A stretch of 64,000 bases of DNA from Camelus ferus (Eukaryota). Each line of letters starts with the position of its first letter. Position 1 is the stretch's first letter. The DNA lies in assembly GCF_009834535.1 (NCBI RefSeq), contig NC_045696.1:54686001-54750000 (forward strand). The letters run 5' to 3'. The notes under the pieces are model-generated. The model searched no databases and had not been told where the DNA came from. It worked only from the letters and a program-made list of their open reading frames with translations. A program made the position numbers and the translations under genes. Positions 52,082 to 64,000 of the stretch are shown here, piece after piece.

Positions 52082-54089
52082 ATAGGGCTTCTGGATTGCT
52101 CCTTAACATATTTTACCCTGTATTTTCATACACTGGTCATATATAACCAATGAGTACCCTCCCAAAGTTGCATTATCTGCTGAACAATATACCTGATGCA
52201 ATATTGAAATGGAGACTACAGGATCTCGCAGCAGCTGCTACCTAACAAGGGGGTGTTTCTCACTAAAATTGTCAAAAATAGCACTTCCGTTCTGATAGTT
52301 TGTCTGGAGGCAGAAAAATTAGCTAATAAGTAAATCAAGTCCTCTTTGTAGCTGAAAGGTAATATGAAAACTCATTTGAAGATGAGAAGAAGAGATGAGA
52401 TGTTGAGGGGGAAAGGTAATGGTAGGCTGTGGTCCTAGGAGGCCTGCTAGAGAATAAGACATCATTATTAAAGATTTGCCAGAAGGAGAAAAAGAATCTC
52501 ACCCTAGAATGAGAGGAAGCAGCCAGCTAATTCCTCCAGCAGGAAATCCATCAAAAGTTTTTACCAAAAAACAAAACAACAACAAAAAAAACTTCAGCCA
52601 GAAGGGAGAGGCATCTACTTCCAAGCACAACTTTGCCTTCCAAGTATTACGGAGCTTACTCCCCATGTGGCAGCAATGTTTGGACTGCTCCTTTTTGGTA
52701 CTTGGTCTCTAAGGCGGTAGTATCAGCCCAAAAGTGACGCTTCTAATCACATGGTCCTGCCAGGCAAGGCATGTGTAGAGAATGATAGTGAATACCATGT
52801 GCAGCAGGTATGTGATGAGGTGGCATGGGACCTACACAAGCCAGGAGGATGGAGTCAGCCTTCAAAGATCCACTGAAGCCCAACTTCAAAAAGAGTGGCA
52901 GAGCTGCGGATTGCTGACAGACAGGCAAGACTTGTTTACAAGCATCTAGGCAAGGAAAGCCTTTTAAAACAGAGGCTTGGGAGAAACAATCTAAGAGGCA
53001 GAGTTGAATAAACCTTGACAGGACTGTAAACAAACAAGTACATCTTTATTGGGGAAAGGAAAGAAAGGTTACACATCAATCTTCTAAGTTGAATTAATGG
53101 AGAGAAATTCTTGTTAGCAACATTTGTCCAAGTGAAGAATCAAAAATTCTAAATTTAAAAAGAATACTGCTAAATGTATGTTGTGCCAAAATGATGCACA
53201 TATTTAACGTCAATGAGAGATACCAAATTTATATGGTGTGCTGCAGTTTTTCAAACATGTTATCACATTTAATATTCTTAAAACTCTATGAAGTAGGCAA
53301 TATTAACCTTCTTTTACATGAGAAAATTCTGGCATTAATAGCCAAAGTTTTCCAAGTTCATTCACTTCTTTCCACTTCTGTAATCTTCATGTCTTAATAC
53401 AAGTAATGGATCTTATTTAATCTGAACATTGTAAAGGGTATTCTGCTATTGCCCTCTACAATACAGCGTGTATAAAACAGGGATGCCTTTTTCCCACAGC
53501 ATCATCTGAAATGTCTTCTTACTATGGATGGAAAATTTTAGACAATTTCTGTTCTCTATCAGAAAAAGAAAATCTGCTGGGCCAAATGCTGCCTAGAAGA
53601 CTGACCCTATTTACTCAAAAGATACATATTTTTCTCTCTCTCACAATATCAAATATTCTCTCTGCTGTAGCAGTTGGTATTAAAACCTGAGCCCTTGTAT
53701 TAAAAAGCTACCTCTCTAGAGCTTTGCTCTGTAAATGTTGCTGACTTGCTGCATGGGGCTTCACCACTACACTGCACCAGCCTCCGCAGCATCACGGCCA
53801 TCACTGTCATTGCCATTTTCACCATCTCTCCCACCTATCTCTGCAAATGGCTTTACATCTAATGGAGCTCATTTAAATGAGACTCATTGCCAGAGCAAGT
53901 GTGTTGGTTAACCCAGCACACAAAATTCAGGTAGAGCCATGGATGAAAGTCCAGAAAATCTGAAGGCCATTTGGAACCTTCATTAGTAGATAATGACCAC
54001 ATGTGTGGGAATTCTTGGAAAGATGGATAAGTAATCCTTATTTATTTACAACATTATTCCCATACGAACACCCTTCTTTATTCTGAAGC

Positions 54090-54700
54090 AGTTTACATAA
54101 TTGTTAAGCATGTTGATTCTGGAGCCAAACTACCTAGGTTCGAAACCCAATTCTGAGTAAAGCCATAAAGAGAAAGAAAAATACCATATGGTATCATTTA
54201 TACATGAAATCTAAAAAAAAAAAAAAAAAAAAAAGACAGAAATGAACTTATTTACAAAACAGAAACAGACTTACAGACATAGAGAACAAACTTATGGTTA
54301 CAGTGGAGGGGGGAAGTGGGTAGAAAGGGATAAATTGGGAATTTAAGATTTGCAGATACTAAGTACTATATATCTAATAGATAAACATTAAGTTTCTTAT
54401 GTATAGCACAGGGAACTATATTCAATACCTTGTAGTAATAATAATGAAAAAGGATACGAAAATGAACCTATGTATGTTTATGTATGACTGAAACAGTGTG
54501 CTGTACACCAGAAATTAACACAACATTGTAAACTGATTATACTTCAATTTAAAAAAATTCTACTTTTTAGCTATGTGACATTAGACAACTGAAACTTCTC
54601 CATGCCTCACTTTGTTCACCCATCATGTGATAATAATAATAGTAGTAGTAGTGGTAGTAGCAGTAGTAGTAGAATTAAATCAGTTAATACACTTAAACCA
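54090..54700 (+). mobile_element. MIR SINE split by an L1, containing a (TAG)n expansion
   Basis: TCTGGAGCCAAACTACCTAGGTTCGAAACCC | L1 | CTATGTGAC...CCTCAC...AAATCAGTTAATAC. Confidence 0.75.
54155..54557 (+). mobile_element. Young L1 3' end (camelid-like 3'UTR) inserted into a MIR
   Basis: L1 3'UTR with a long internal A-run and GGGATAAATTGGGAATTTAAGATTTGCAGATACT. The MIR halves resume on each side around a duplicated AATTCT. Confidence 0.9.
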
Positions 54701-55344
54701 TTGAGTATTTTGATGATGATAATATAGTGCAGCCCTGCTTTGCAGAGTCCTTCACTGGAGCTCAGCCTTTGTGACTTTCATGTATCATGAAGCCTCTGTC
54801 CACAATATGTTATTCTATTCCCAGCAACTATATTCCAAGTAAACTGGTCTTGTGCTATTAGAATTCTACGCTGGTTTTAAGAGGCCAATACAGTGAGACC
54901 ATTCCTAACCCTTTTCTCACATGGGGACGAAGAGTGAATTTCTAAATAGAAATCAAAGACAATAGTTTAAAAATGCACTGTCTCCTTTCATCTATGAAAA
55001 GGCCAATTCTGAGCTCTCCTTTCGTGACATCATTTCAGAAATATTCTCTGAACTATTGTGTTCTAGAAGAGAGGTTTAATGCTCTGTAATGGGACTTCTA
55101 GAGGGGCTAATTTGCATGAGTAAATGAAAAGTTATACAGGAAGTAATTTACCCCTGAAAGAACATTGTTTGCAAAACCTGAAAAAACTCAAGAATGAGAA
55201 TTGGGGAGACAACACTGTTGGAAGAAAAAACTGATTTTGATGATGAAATGCTCTCCAACCCAGCTCCATAAACTCATACTTGAGTCTTCTGGGTGCTTGG
55301 AAGTTGACAGTTTGGGGAGGGTGCATTTTTGTTTTGTTTTATTG

Positions 55345-55655
55345 TTTTTTTAAACAGTTTCACTGAAATGTAACCGACATGCAAAAAAACTAAAAAATTT
55401 TAATGTATACAATGTGTTGAGTTTGGACATATGCATATGCCTATTCATCAGCACAGTCAAGATACTGAATACATCCATTACCTCATGCCTCTTTGTTTTG
55501 TTTTGCTTTGTGGTAAGAACACTTAACATGAGATCTACCCTCAATACTTTAAGAGCACAATACAGTATTGTTAACTGTAGGCACCAGGCTGTACAGGAGA
55601 GCTCTAGAACTCACTCATCTTGCATAACTGAAATGTGATAGCTTTGAACAATAAA
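55345..55655 (-). mobile_element. L1MA (L1MA8/9-like) 3' end
   Basis: GTGGTAAGAACACTTAACATGAGATCTACCCTC...CTCTAGAACTCACTCATCTTGCATAACTGAAA matches the L1MA 3'UTR antisense. Confidence 0.85.
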
Positions 55656-58600
55656 GATATCAAATTTGGAAAGGGATACTTTCATAACAGAGTCAACTTT
55701 TCTGAAAAATTGAACACAAACTAATAAAGGTCAAGACAACCTTTGGTCCAGTCACAAAATGTGGTTCAAATGGGAGAAGGTGTTTTGTCAATTTCAACAA
55801 GGTGATCAATTATTGGAATACATGTGAGGCAAACATGAATCAGAAGGAGTAAGGGAAGAGGTCTGAACAGGAGTGACTTGGAGACCATGGAAGGTAACCA
55901 AGCGTAGGGTGTAAGATACTGAGGACGACAGCTGGGAACACGTGCAGAGCAGACTCTGTAACCTCCTCCTTTCACCCTGCTCACAAACCAATCACTCAGC
56001 TTTTTCTCACTGAGCCCACACTAAACCGCCGAATCTGTAAGACTACAGTTCTCCATGAGTCACAGTGATCAGTCTGGAATTGTATATAAAGTGAAATCTA
56101 CAAAGCCCTATCTGCTCTGGGGACCTCCTATCTGCAGGAGAGGGATTTGAGGGAGATAAGAGATCTCTGAAATCAGAGGACAGATCAGAGAAAATATTGC
56201 TTATTATTATTATGGCTATTTCTTGAGAGAGCCATAAAGGGATGATAGGTTTCATAAAACATTCACATTCTCACCTACTTGCTCTTTTTTGTGGACAGCT
56301 TTACACATTGCAGGATGTTTGACTCAAATCAATGTAGGTATCAATGGGACTAGGTTTCCCTATATTGCCCTCCTATGATTGAGAGGCTATTGTCTAGTGA
56401 TATGATTAAGTCCACCTTACCAGCTGGTGGGCTCTTTGAAATTACCTTACTGTATTATAAATTAAAATTTACCCTGCTTTCAATGCATATAAGCATTATA
56501 GAAAAATACAGACAAAGGCTTCACTATATTTGAAACACACTACAAAAAAAAACAAAACAAAAACTGAGCATTGGAAAACACTAGTTATATTCTCTTCCAA
56601 TCCTTTCAGATGATGAAACCGAGATCAGGTTATGTTAACCAACTTGCCTTAAAAGCATGTGTGGCAGAGCCAAAGCTGGAAACCTTTATATTCGCCTTCT
56701 CCCTGACACCGTACTGACCTATGGGTTAGTCAAAGGACTTAAAGGCATCTCTGCCCAAAGGTAGGGAATAAACTGCTATGAGCCCAGGTAGGGGTATGTG
56801 GCAATCACTTAGAACAGGAGATAACAGAAGCTACAGCAGGAGTAGTGACACTGGGAATGCACAAAATTAGACAGTCTAAAAATACTTATGAATGTTTGAG
56901 AAGAATTAATGCATAGAAGATACAGCATTTGAAACAAGAAATAAGATAAAGTATACTAGTGTTAAAAACAAACATTAATTTTACTGAATGTAGCTGGAAA
57001 TTCTATACCTAAATAACTAAAATGATGCAACTGGGAAATATAATACTCTACCTTATTATGACAATGAAACTAAGTTGGAAAACTAAAAAACAGATACTAA
57101 TGAAGCTTTTTGACTATTTAAATGCAGACTAGGAGAAAAAAAAACAGGATTAAAAAACTGCACGTTTGATAGGCCCTAGAACTGCACCCTGAGACAGGTA
57201 GTTCTAGAATGAATAGGAAGGATGAGTGTTGGGTCAGGGAGCAGGACTCTTGACACAAAGTAGCTGCAGAAATCAACTGAGGCTAATTCATGTGTAAGAC
57301 TCAACCCTATATCCTGGTGGTAGAGGGAAATTCAAAGAGATCAATCACACTGTTATTTTAGCAAAGAAAACAGGGACAAAATGACATCATTAGGAAAAAA
57401 AAAAAAAAACTACAGATAAAAATAACCCATAAGATGTCTTAAAGCTCTCTAGAAACACTTTAAAGCCTAGATTAAATGTAAGTCCAGAAAGGAAGGAAGG
57501 AAGGGAGGGAGAGTGGGAGAAAGACCAAAAAGAAAGCTTGTAGAAGTCCTTTGCTACAAACTAATGAAGTATAAGATATATTAAAAGGCAGAGGAAACAC
57601 AAAAGTAAGTATGTACAAAATATAAATAGATTTTAAATAACAAGGCCACAAAATGTGGTACTGCAAATGCAACTCGGGAATTATAGGAGTCTAAACAAAG
57701 AAACTAAGGAAAAGCATGCAAGAGTCTAGAGAGCCTAATATAATTTCTTTAAGTGTAGCAAAGAGAGGGCATCAGGACAAGTACATACATCACCTGGCCA
57801 CAGGAATGAGAAAGCATACCCAGGGCAACAAGTTAAAAGCAAAGAAACGACATCTTTTGCCTCAGTCTATCTCAGGGTCATTACCTGCTTCCTATTTTAA
57901 AGGGACCATCAGAGCAAAGGATGCTGGACATGCGATCTTTAAAAACAAATTGACAAACCAAATGTAGATGAGTCATCCTTGCTGGATGGTATCCATCTCC
58001 AAATTCTAAAAGTAACTCAAAGGTGGGACCTTGAGACTGTAGATCAATGTAGTTATGCTTTTAAACTGCCACATTCTAGACAACTTGAGATTTGCCAGAG
58101 AGATTTCCCCACAGGCAGGCATCGGAGAGGAGCCAGGTGAAACTCCCTTTCATAATGAAGCCAAATCCCAGTGAAGAGCCTGAAACAACTGCTGCTCTCT
58201 CCGCACTAGAGGAGGTGCAGTGGAGGGGAGTGCTGGGCCAGGAGGGGGAGCACCATGCTACTGACTAGCATTTTATCTCACTAAAATGACTGAACCTTGT
58301 AAGGTGTGTTTCCTCATCTTTAAAAGGGGTATAATCATCCCTAACCAAAAAAAAAAAAAAAAAAAAGAGTAAAGATTCAAGGAGATAACATGACCATGAC
58401 TGTTCAAGTAACAACAGCAATTAGTATTTTCAGAGCTTTCACTCCATTGCCAGGTGCTGGACAAGAAGTCATATATGCAATCCTCACACTACAGGTGCCT
58501 GATGCTCTTAGCCTTCTTTCTTCCCCCCAGAGTATTCCTGAGGCCCAAACAAGTGAATGTAAGCAAAAGCACTTCATAAAGTGCAAATTGTTGTGAGCAC

Positions 58601-58779
58601 ACAGGTACTTATGGAGAGATCATGGGATCTATTAACAAGGATGTATCACTGAACAAGCAACCAAACATAAGCTATTAGGGGAAAATCAACATGGTTTTCT
58701 GAAAGATGAAATAACACTGGATTAATATGCTAGTCAGTTTCCTAAGTTCGCTAAAAACCACTATGGTCATGAAGCAAGA

Positions 58780-59190
58780 ACAAATTAATTGCGGATGGCA
58801 TCATGTAATATCTCCCTATTTTAAAAATAAAAGCGCTCACCAAAAATTATATTCAATAGGGCACTGATGAATAAATTATGGTATGGGACACTACGCAACC
58901 ATTTACAAAGATGTTGCAGGTGAATATTTGATAACAGAGAAAAACATTTCATGACATGCTGTTCAAAGAGAAGAGTAAATCACAGAGTATATCTCAATCA
59001 TGATCCTAATTTTGTAATTTATGCCTGGGGGAAGGAGGAGGTCTCGAATGGTATACAACCACCAAAAGTTAACAGATTTCTCTAGTACTGAGTGTATGAT
59101 TAATTTTTCATTTTCCCAGTGCGTTTTGGTGTTTCCTCATTTGTCTACAATGAACACATTAATTTATAATGAGAAACTTTTAAAAATACA
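58780..59190 (+). mobile_element. Old L1ME-like 3' end
   Basis: GATGAATAAATTATGGTA...TTTGTCTACAATGAACACATTAATTTATAATGAGAAA pattern. Confidence 0.6.
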
Positions 59191-60899
59191 AATGATCCTT
59201 TAAACCCTATCAGGGAAAACTGTCGCTTCACTCATTCTAAGAATGTAAAAGAAGCAAGCTTTGCTTTGGAATGCAATGGGAAGCACTTCAACGTTTCTTC
59301 ACTGTTGCCAAGGTTTATTTAACAATATTTTCTCACCATATATTATACAAGAACAGAACTAAACAGATGGTCTACATCGGAAACCCAGCAATCTAGGAAA
59401 AGCTATCCTCACTACCTACTCATCATATATTTCATACTATACATTACACACACAACTCCTTACTGCTTTACTAATACCATACATGCCTAAGACTCACATA
59501 GATCCTTTAGTCAAAGCCAATCTACAGGACTCTCACACATCTGTGTGTATGTGTCTTAAGATGACATGCTAGAGATACACTCGTGAAATGAACCAACGCA
59601 CTTTACAAATTACATTCTTGCCTCATGGATTTGTAGATTTTATACAGAAAAACTGAGAAGCTTGGAATTTGCAGTAAACAAAGGCATGGCTTGCATTTGA
59701 CTCAGTATTATGTATGCAAAAGGCATCTTGGCATCAAATTAGTCTTCCAGAAGCAACATTTCCTTTATGTCACTTCCTTCCTGAACCAATCAATGGCCCT
59801 TTATTTCTTTCAGGATCAAGTACAAATGGCTCAGCCTGGCATCCAAGGTTCACCCCAGTCTCCAGGCTTCTTTGTCAGTACTCTCCAGCATCAACCCTTA
59901 ACTCTACTCGGGCTAGAGTCCATGCCACAACCCAAACACAGAACATCCTTTCTCTGTTCCCCCGTTTGTGTTTTTACCCCAGTGGAAGTATCCTTCATCT
60001 TTTTCCTTCCTCCTGTAAATCCTCCTAGCCATCAATATCAGACTTAAGGTCCCGTCCGTAATACACCCCCATCCTCTAGTTTCTCTGTTTTCTGAACCAA
60101 TCTGCTTTACAGTTTACTGTATTTTATCTATTACGTTTTAGGGAATTATTTAGTACTAGACTCCCAATAAATACATACTGAATTCAGCTCAAACATACAG
60201 TGGCATAAAGTTTTATAGAGATACAGTATAAAAATGTAACAAACAGCTAGTGTTACGATTTTAGTGATTTAACTGGAAATAAATGATGCCACTAATTATA
60301 AAAGAATTCGGTTCTTTTTTAATCTGGCCATAAAACTAGGTCAGCAAGACCCTCTCCTTGAGAAGACTTTGTTGGGAATTAGCTTTTTCTGTATGTACCT
60401 GAATGTAATAAAACTGCATTCTTTAAAAATGGTATTTAATTCAGCCGTTTTGCTAATTAAGACTAGACTCTTCCCAATGAGAATAAAATCACAGAGTCAC
60501 CTAATTTTTTGAGTTCAAAGAGACCTTAGGGATTATTTCCAGAATCAGAGAGTAACTTGTCCAAGGCCACACAGATAGTTGGTCAAAAATGGTTTGTTTT
60601 TTTTTCATTCTGTAAGTCATTCCCATTTATTCCACTACTTAGGGTAATGCACTGTAAGGGAAAAGACCTGGATTTGTAGACAGAAGCCAGGCTTCTAAGA
60701 CAAGCCCAGTTTTACTTGCTTTAAACCTCTTTCCTAAGCTGTAAAGTGGAAATAAGGTTATATGACCTCACAAGGTTGTTAGCAACAGGCAGTAACAGGT
60801 GAGAGGTAATATACAAGCACAGCCATTTTAAATAGTCAATTTTGTGTCTTCAGCCCAAACTACAGTGGTTGTTTACGTACTCAAATGCCAGAGAACCTC

Positions 60900-61570
60900 G
60901 CTCAACCAGCCCCGACGACGACTCTGTCCCTGCATCTCTCATCAGTGCTTTCATTCTCTCTCCAATGCCACAACTGCCATCAGAACCTCCATGACCTCTA
61001 CCTTATCCAAGAAAAGCCTCTGAACTGCCCTCTCCCCATCGCTCTTTTCCTTTTCCTACACTGCAGCCAGAGTCCTCTTGCAGAAACTCACACCTTGTGT
61101 GACACTTTCCTTCTTTAAAGACCGTCAGTATCTTCCCTTATTTTTGCGCCTTAGACTAAATCTTACATCCTTGCAAGGCCCTGTAGCTTTGGGCTTAGTT
61201 CACCTATCAAGGTTTACCTTGTCGTTTCTTCCTTGGTCTTTGCACCTCTCTATTCCTTCAGCTCCTGGTATAGACTAGTCTCTTTTGTACCTCAAACAGT
61301 GGCAAGACTCCTCTTTGCTGGGAAAGCCCTCTCTCCACACAGCTAACTCCTACTCATCACTCATATCCAATTACATGTAATTCTGCAAGGAAAGCCCTTC
61401 CTGGCTCCCAAGACTAAGCTAAGTCTCCCTAAAATAGTCTCATGGTACCCTAAATACTTCATTATTATATATTACAGTAATAATTAGTTATCTTTTAAGT
61501 GTCTTTTTTCTTTGCTTTAAGGTTTATTAGTGTTTGCTTAGGCTTAATAAACATTTATGAAAGAAATGGA
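60900..61570 (+). mobile_element. L2 fragment
   Basis: CTACACTGCAGCCAGAGT...CAGCTAACTCCTACTCATC...AAGCCCTTCCTG...AATAAACATTTATGAA. Confidence 0.7.
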
Positions 61571-64000
61571 GGGAGGAATTTAGTTTTCCTTTGCATATTC
61601 AGCCACGTTCTTATTACTCTCTACCTTGTATATACCCTAACTAGCTGACGTAACTACCCATCCTTCATGCTGTGCACATAACACAAACAAAAATAACTTT
61701 AAACCCACAAAATGCCCACTCTCCTCTTTCCTCCTCAGCTCAGACCACATTAGTGCCTAATGGCAAAGACAGGAAATTAAAATTTCAGTAACAAAACCAT
61801 AGTTGTTACCAGGAGCAGATTCAAGCCTGCATCTGATATGCCTGCCCTGGGTTGGGTCAGGTCAGTGGGACTAGTCTTATCTCTGATACATGAGACAAAA
61901 ATCACAGTTTCTCCCCATTCCTATTCATTCAGAGGGTCCTCAGTGGAAAGCAAGTCTGATCGCTGGCTCCTGGACCAGACTGACCCAGCCAGACGCCCCC
62001 AGAGATTTGTTACAGACAGCAAATCTGGGTTTCCTCCCAGCATCTTGCTGCTGTCTCCTTAGGGGACTGTTACGCATCCCCTCTCCTGGGAGTAGCACAG
62101 AGCTTCTGTGGCTGCCAAACTGAAGGAAGGGGAGATGGCAGAAGTGGGGAGACGTAAATCTCCTTTCTGCCCACCCCTGAGAGTACACAACTACGATCTC
62201 AAGGAGAGAAAAGGGGGCATGTTCCTAAAACTGAGAAGACACGTAAAAATTCTTGCTTTCTCATAAAACACTTGGCATTCATTCCATTTAAAAATGAAGT
62301 TGTATTGTTGGTTTAAATGTACCTAATTCTGCACTTAAAATAAGGCTATAAAAACAGCCCTATAAATGGTGCCCACAGAGAATCCCTTAGCATCACTATT
62401 TCAGTGGAAGACACAAACACTCATTATACACATCAACAATGCCAGCATATTTCCCTGCATAACTTCCTTTTTTCTGACTTTCTTCATCCTGAATAAGATA
62501 GGAGGAACGTAAAGGAAGAGACGGGTTGGAGGTTATTTGAGCAGCAGAGTTCTGGTCTGCTGACACCCTCAGCAAGATTCATTAATCTTGCAGATTCTCA
62601 CTCTCATTTACTAAACAGTGATTCACACAGAGTTACACAGCCACAGTAGCAAAGTTAATTGGAATCTAGATCCCCTAACATTTCTTCCTTCCTTCAGCAA
62701 TTCCTCAGTACTGCAAGCTGAAATAAAATGAGACTGCTGTAGGCTTATGAAAAAGGGAAACAAACAAAGGGTGGCTAGCATGGGATTAAAAATGGACACA
62801 TGTTTCCCTTCCCTTTTTGTTTTGCTTTATTTTGTGTTTTGGCTTAAGCCCTTTGAGCAAAGTGAGGAGGCAGAAGCAGCTTACCCAGGCCCATATCAAT
62901 GCTAGGATCCCCCCTTAGCACTAGATTAGCACTGGGAGCTCAGTATGGCTCTCACCCAAGCCCGGAGAAATAAAGAAAGGAGGCAGGGAGAGAGATGGCT
63001 ATGAACACTGGCAAATTCTGTTCAGTCGGTGGCAAGCGGCCAGATAATTCCTTTTAATTTAACTCTTCATCTTCTCTGGCAGAAACAAATAGTGCATTTC
63101 CTTGAAGCATCATAACTTTCAAAGGATACAAATGACATCAGGCAGGCACCATTTTCCCAATCCAGCAAATGAGGAAACTGAGACTTAAATGCGATTACAG
63201 TCTACCTTTTATCGGGAAATTATTAGTAGATTCAAAATCAGTATCTAGGCTTTATAATGTGCACCTCAGTGTTCTCTTCCCTTGACCACCTTCCTACTCA
63301 GCATTCAGAGTAGCACCGCCTATGTTGGCAGCATTGATGTTTTTAAATAGTTAAGAATGATACAGAACAAGGAAGTCATGTTTGGCAGAAGGGAAATGAA
63401 ATGAAGGATCACGTAAGGAAATTAATTTTTTATTTCAAATAATTCCACACTATTAGGCAGGGTAGAAAAGTACATAGTGAAGAAAATGCACTATGTAAGT
63501 AATATGACAAACAAGAGCTCCCCAGTACAAACACTGTTATATGGCAGAAGACAGGGCTGGCTTTAGGATCTGACCACAATTGTGGAAAATGGATTATGGT
63601 CTCCTGGGGTTGGCCTGTAGACAGTTATCAAAGGAAATAAAAGAAATCCTATGGCCTTATGGTCAATTCCTTTCCTTCTAGACTCACAGTTGTGCCTCTC
63701 TGGATTAATAAGCTATTTATAAAGAACTCCTGCAAAAAGACACAATATGCATTTTTCTGCAGTCATCACAGTCATTTGAACAAGCAGTTCACATTACATT
63801 ACAGTCTTAGAACCTGCGACAAGGTCTGTTCAACCACCTATGAAATCTAGAGAGAAAACAACATTCCAAGGGTAAAGGCTAGGTTCTTTAGAATGTCCAT
63901 ATCAGTATTGTTTTTAAACAGGTGATGTCAGACATTACCTTGGAATGTAAGTACTTTAGAAAAAAAGAACTGTATCTTCAATATCTCAAACGGACCTCCC

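Noticed and set aside
58200..58225. CTCF-like CACTAGAGGAGGTGC
   Set aside because: It lacks the conserved GGC in the core, so the match is too weak.
61930..62210. GC-richer stretch with several CpGs and overlapping short ORFs
   Set aside because: CpG density is far below island level, and there is no core promoter or recognisable peptide.
1..64000. Prokaryotic-type systems (CRISPR arrays, operons, retrons) or tRNA/rRNA/snoRNA genes
   Set aside because: The sequence is mammalian intronic DNA. No repeat-spacer array or structured RNA gene was recognised, and the RT and transposase motifs are explained by LINE and Tigger fossils.

Overview
AT-rich, CpG-depleted placental-mammal genomic DNA. 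L1 3' ends of cetartiodactyl type and no recognisable Alu, CAN, PRE-1, Bov or CHR SINE point to a camelid (inference). No prokaryotic system, CRISPR array, rRNA, tRNA or long intact CDS is visible. The window looks like the interior of a long-intron gene on the minus strand. Five small candidate exons (39, 80, 31, 6 and 16 nt at about 27.0, 17.3, 13.8, 2.84 and 1.1 kb) splice into one stop-free frame: xVFLTSPCKASDLDWTWSLFAGTSFVDVVLKHMRKEEKKKRITEVMVQTTEVAETIG. A possible same-phase alternative terminal exon lies at about 39.9 kb. I could not identify the gene, and the exons could be UTR or lncRNA exons, or partly chance matches. The rest is mostly transposon fossils: a near-full-length Tigger1, several L1s (some with TSDs), L2, MIR, MLT1, hAT MITEs and an unusually well-preserved CR1/L3 RT fragment. 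There is also a 3' RPL12 retropseudogene fragment, two hairpins and several candidate conserved non-coding elements. Repeat family names come from recalled consensus sequences, and boundaries are approximate unless TSDs or TIRs are given.
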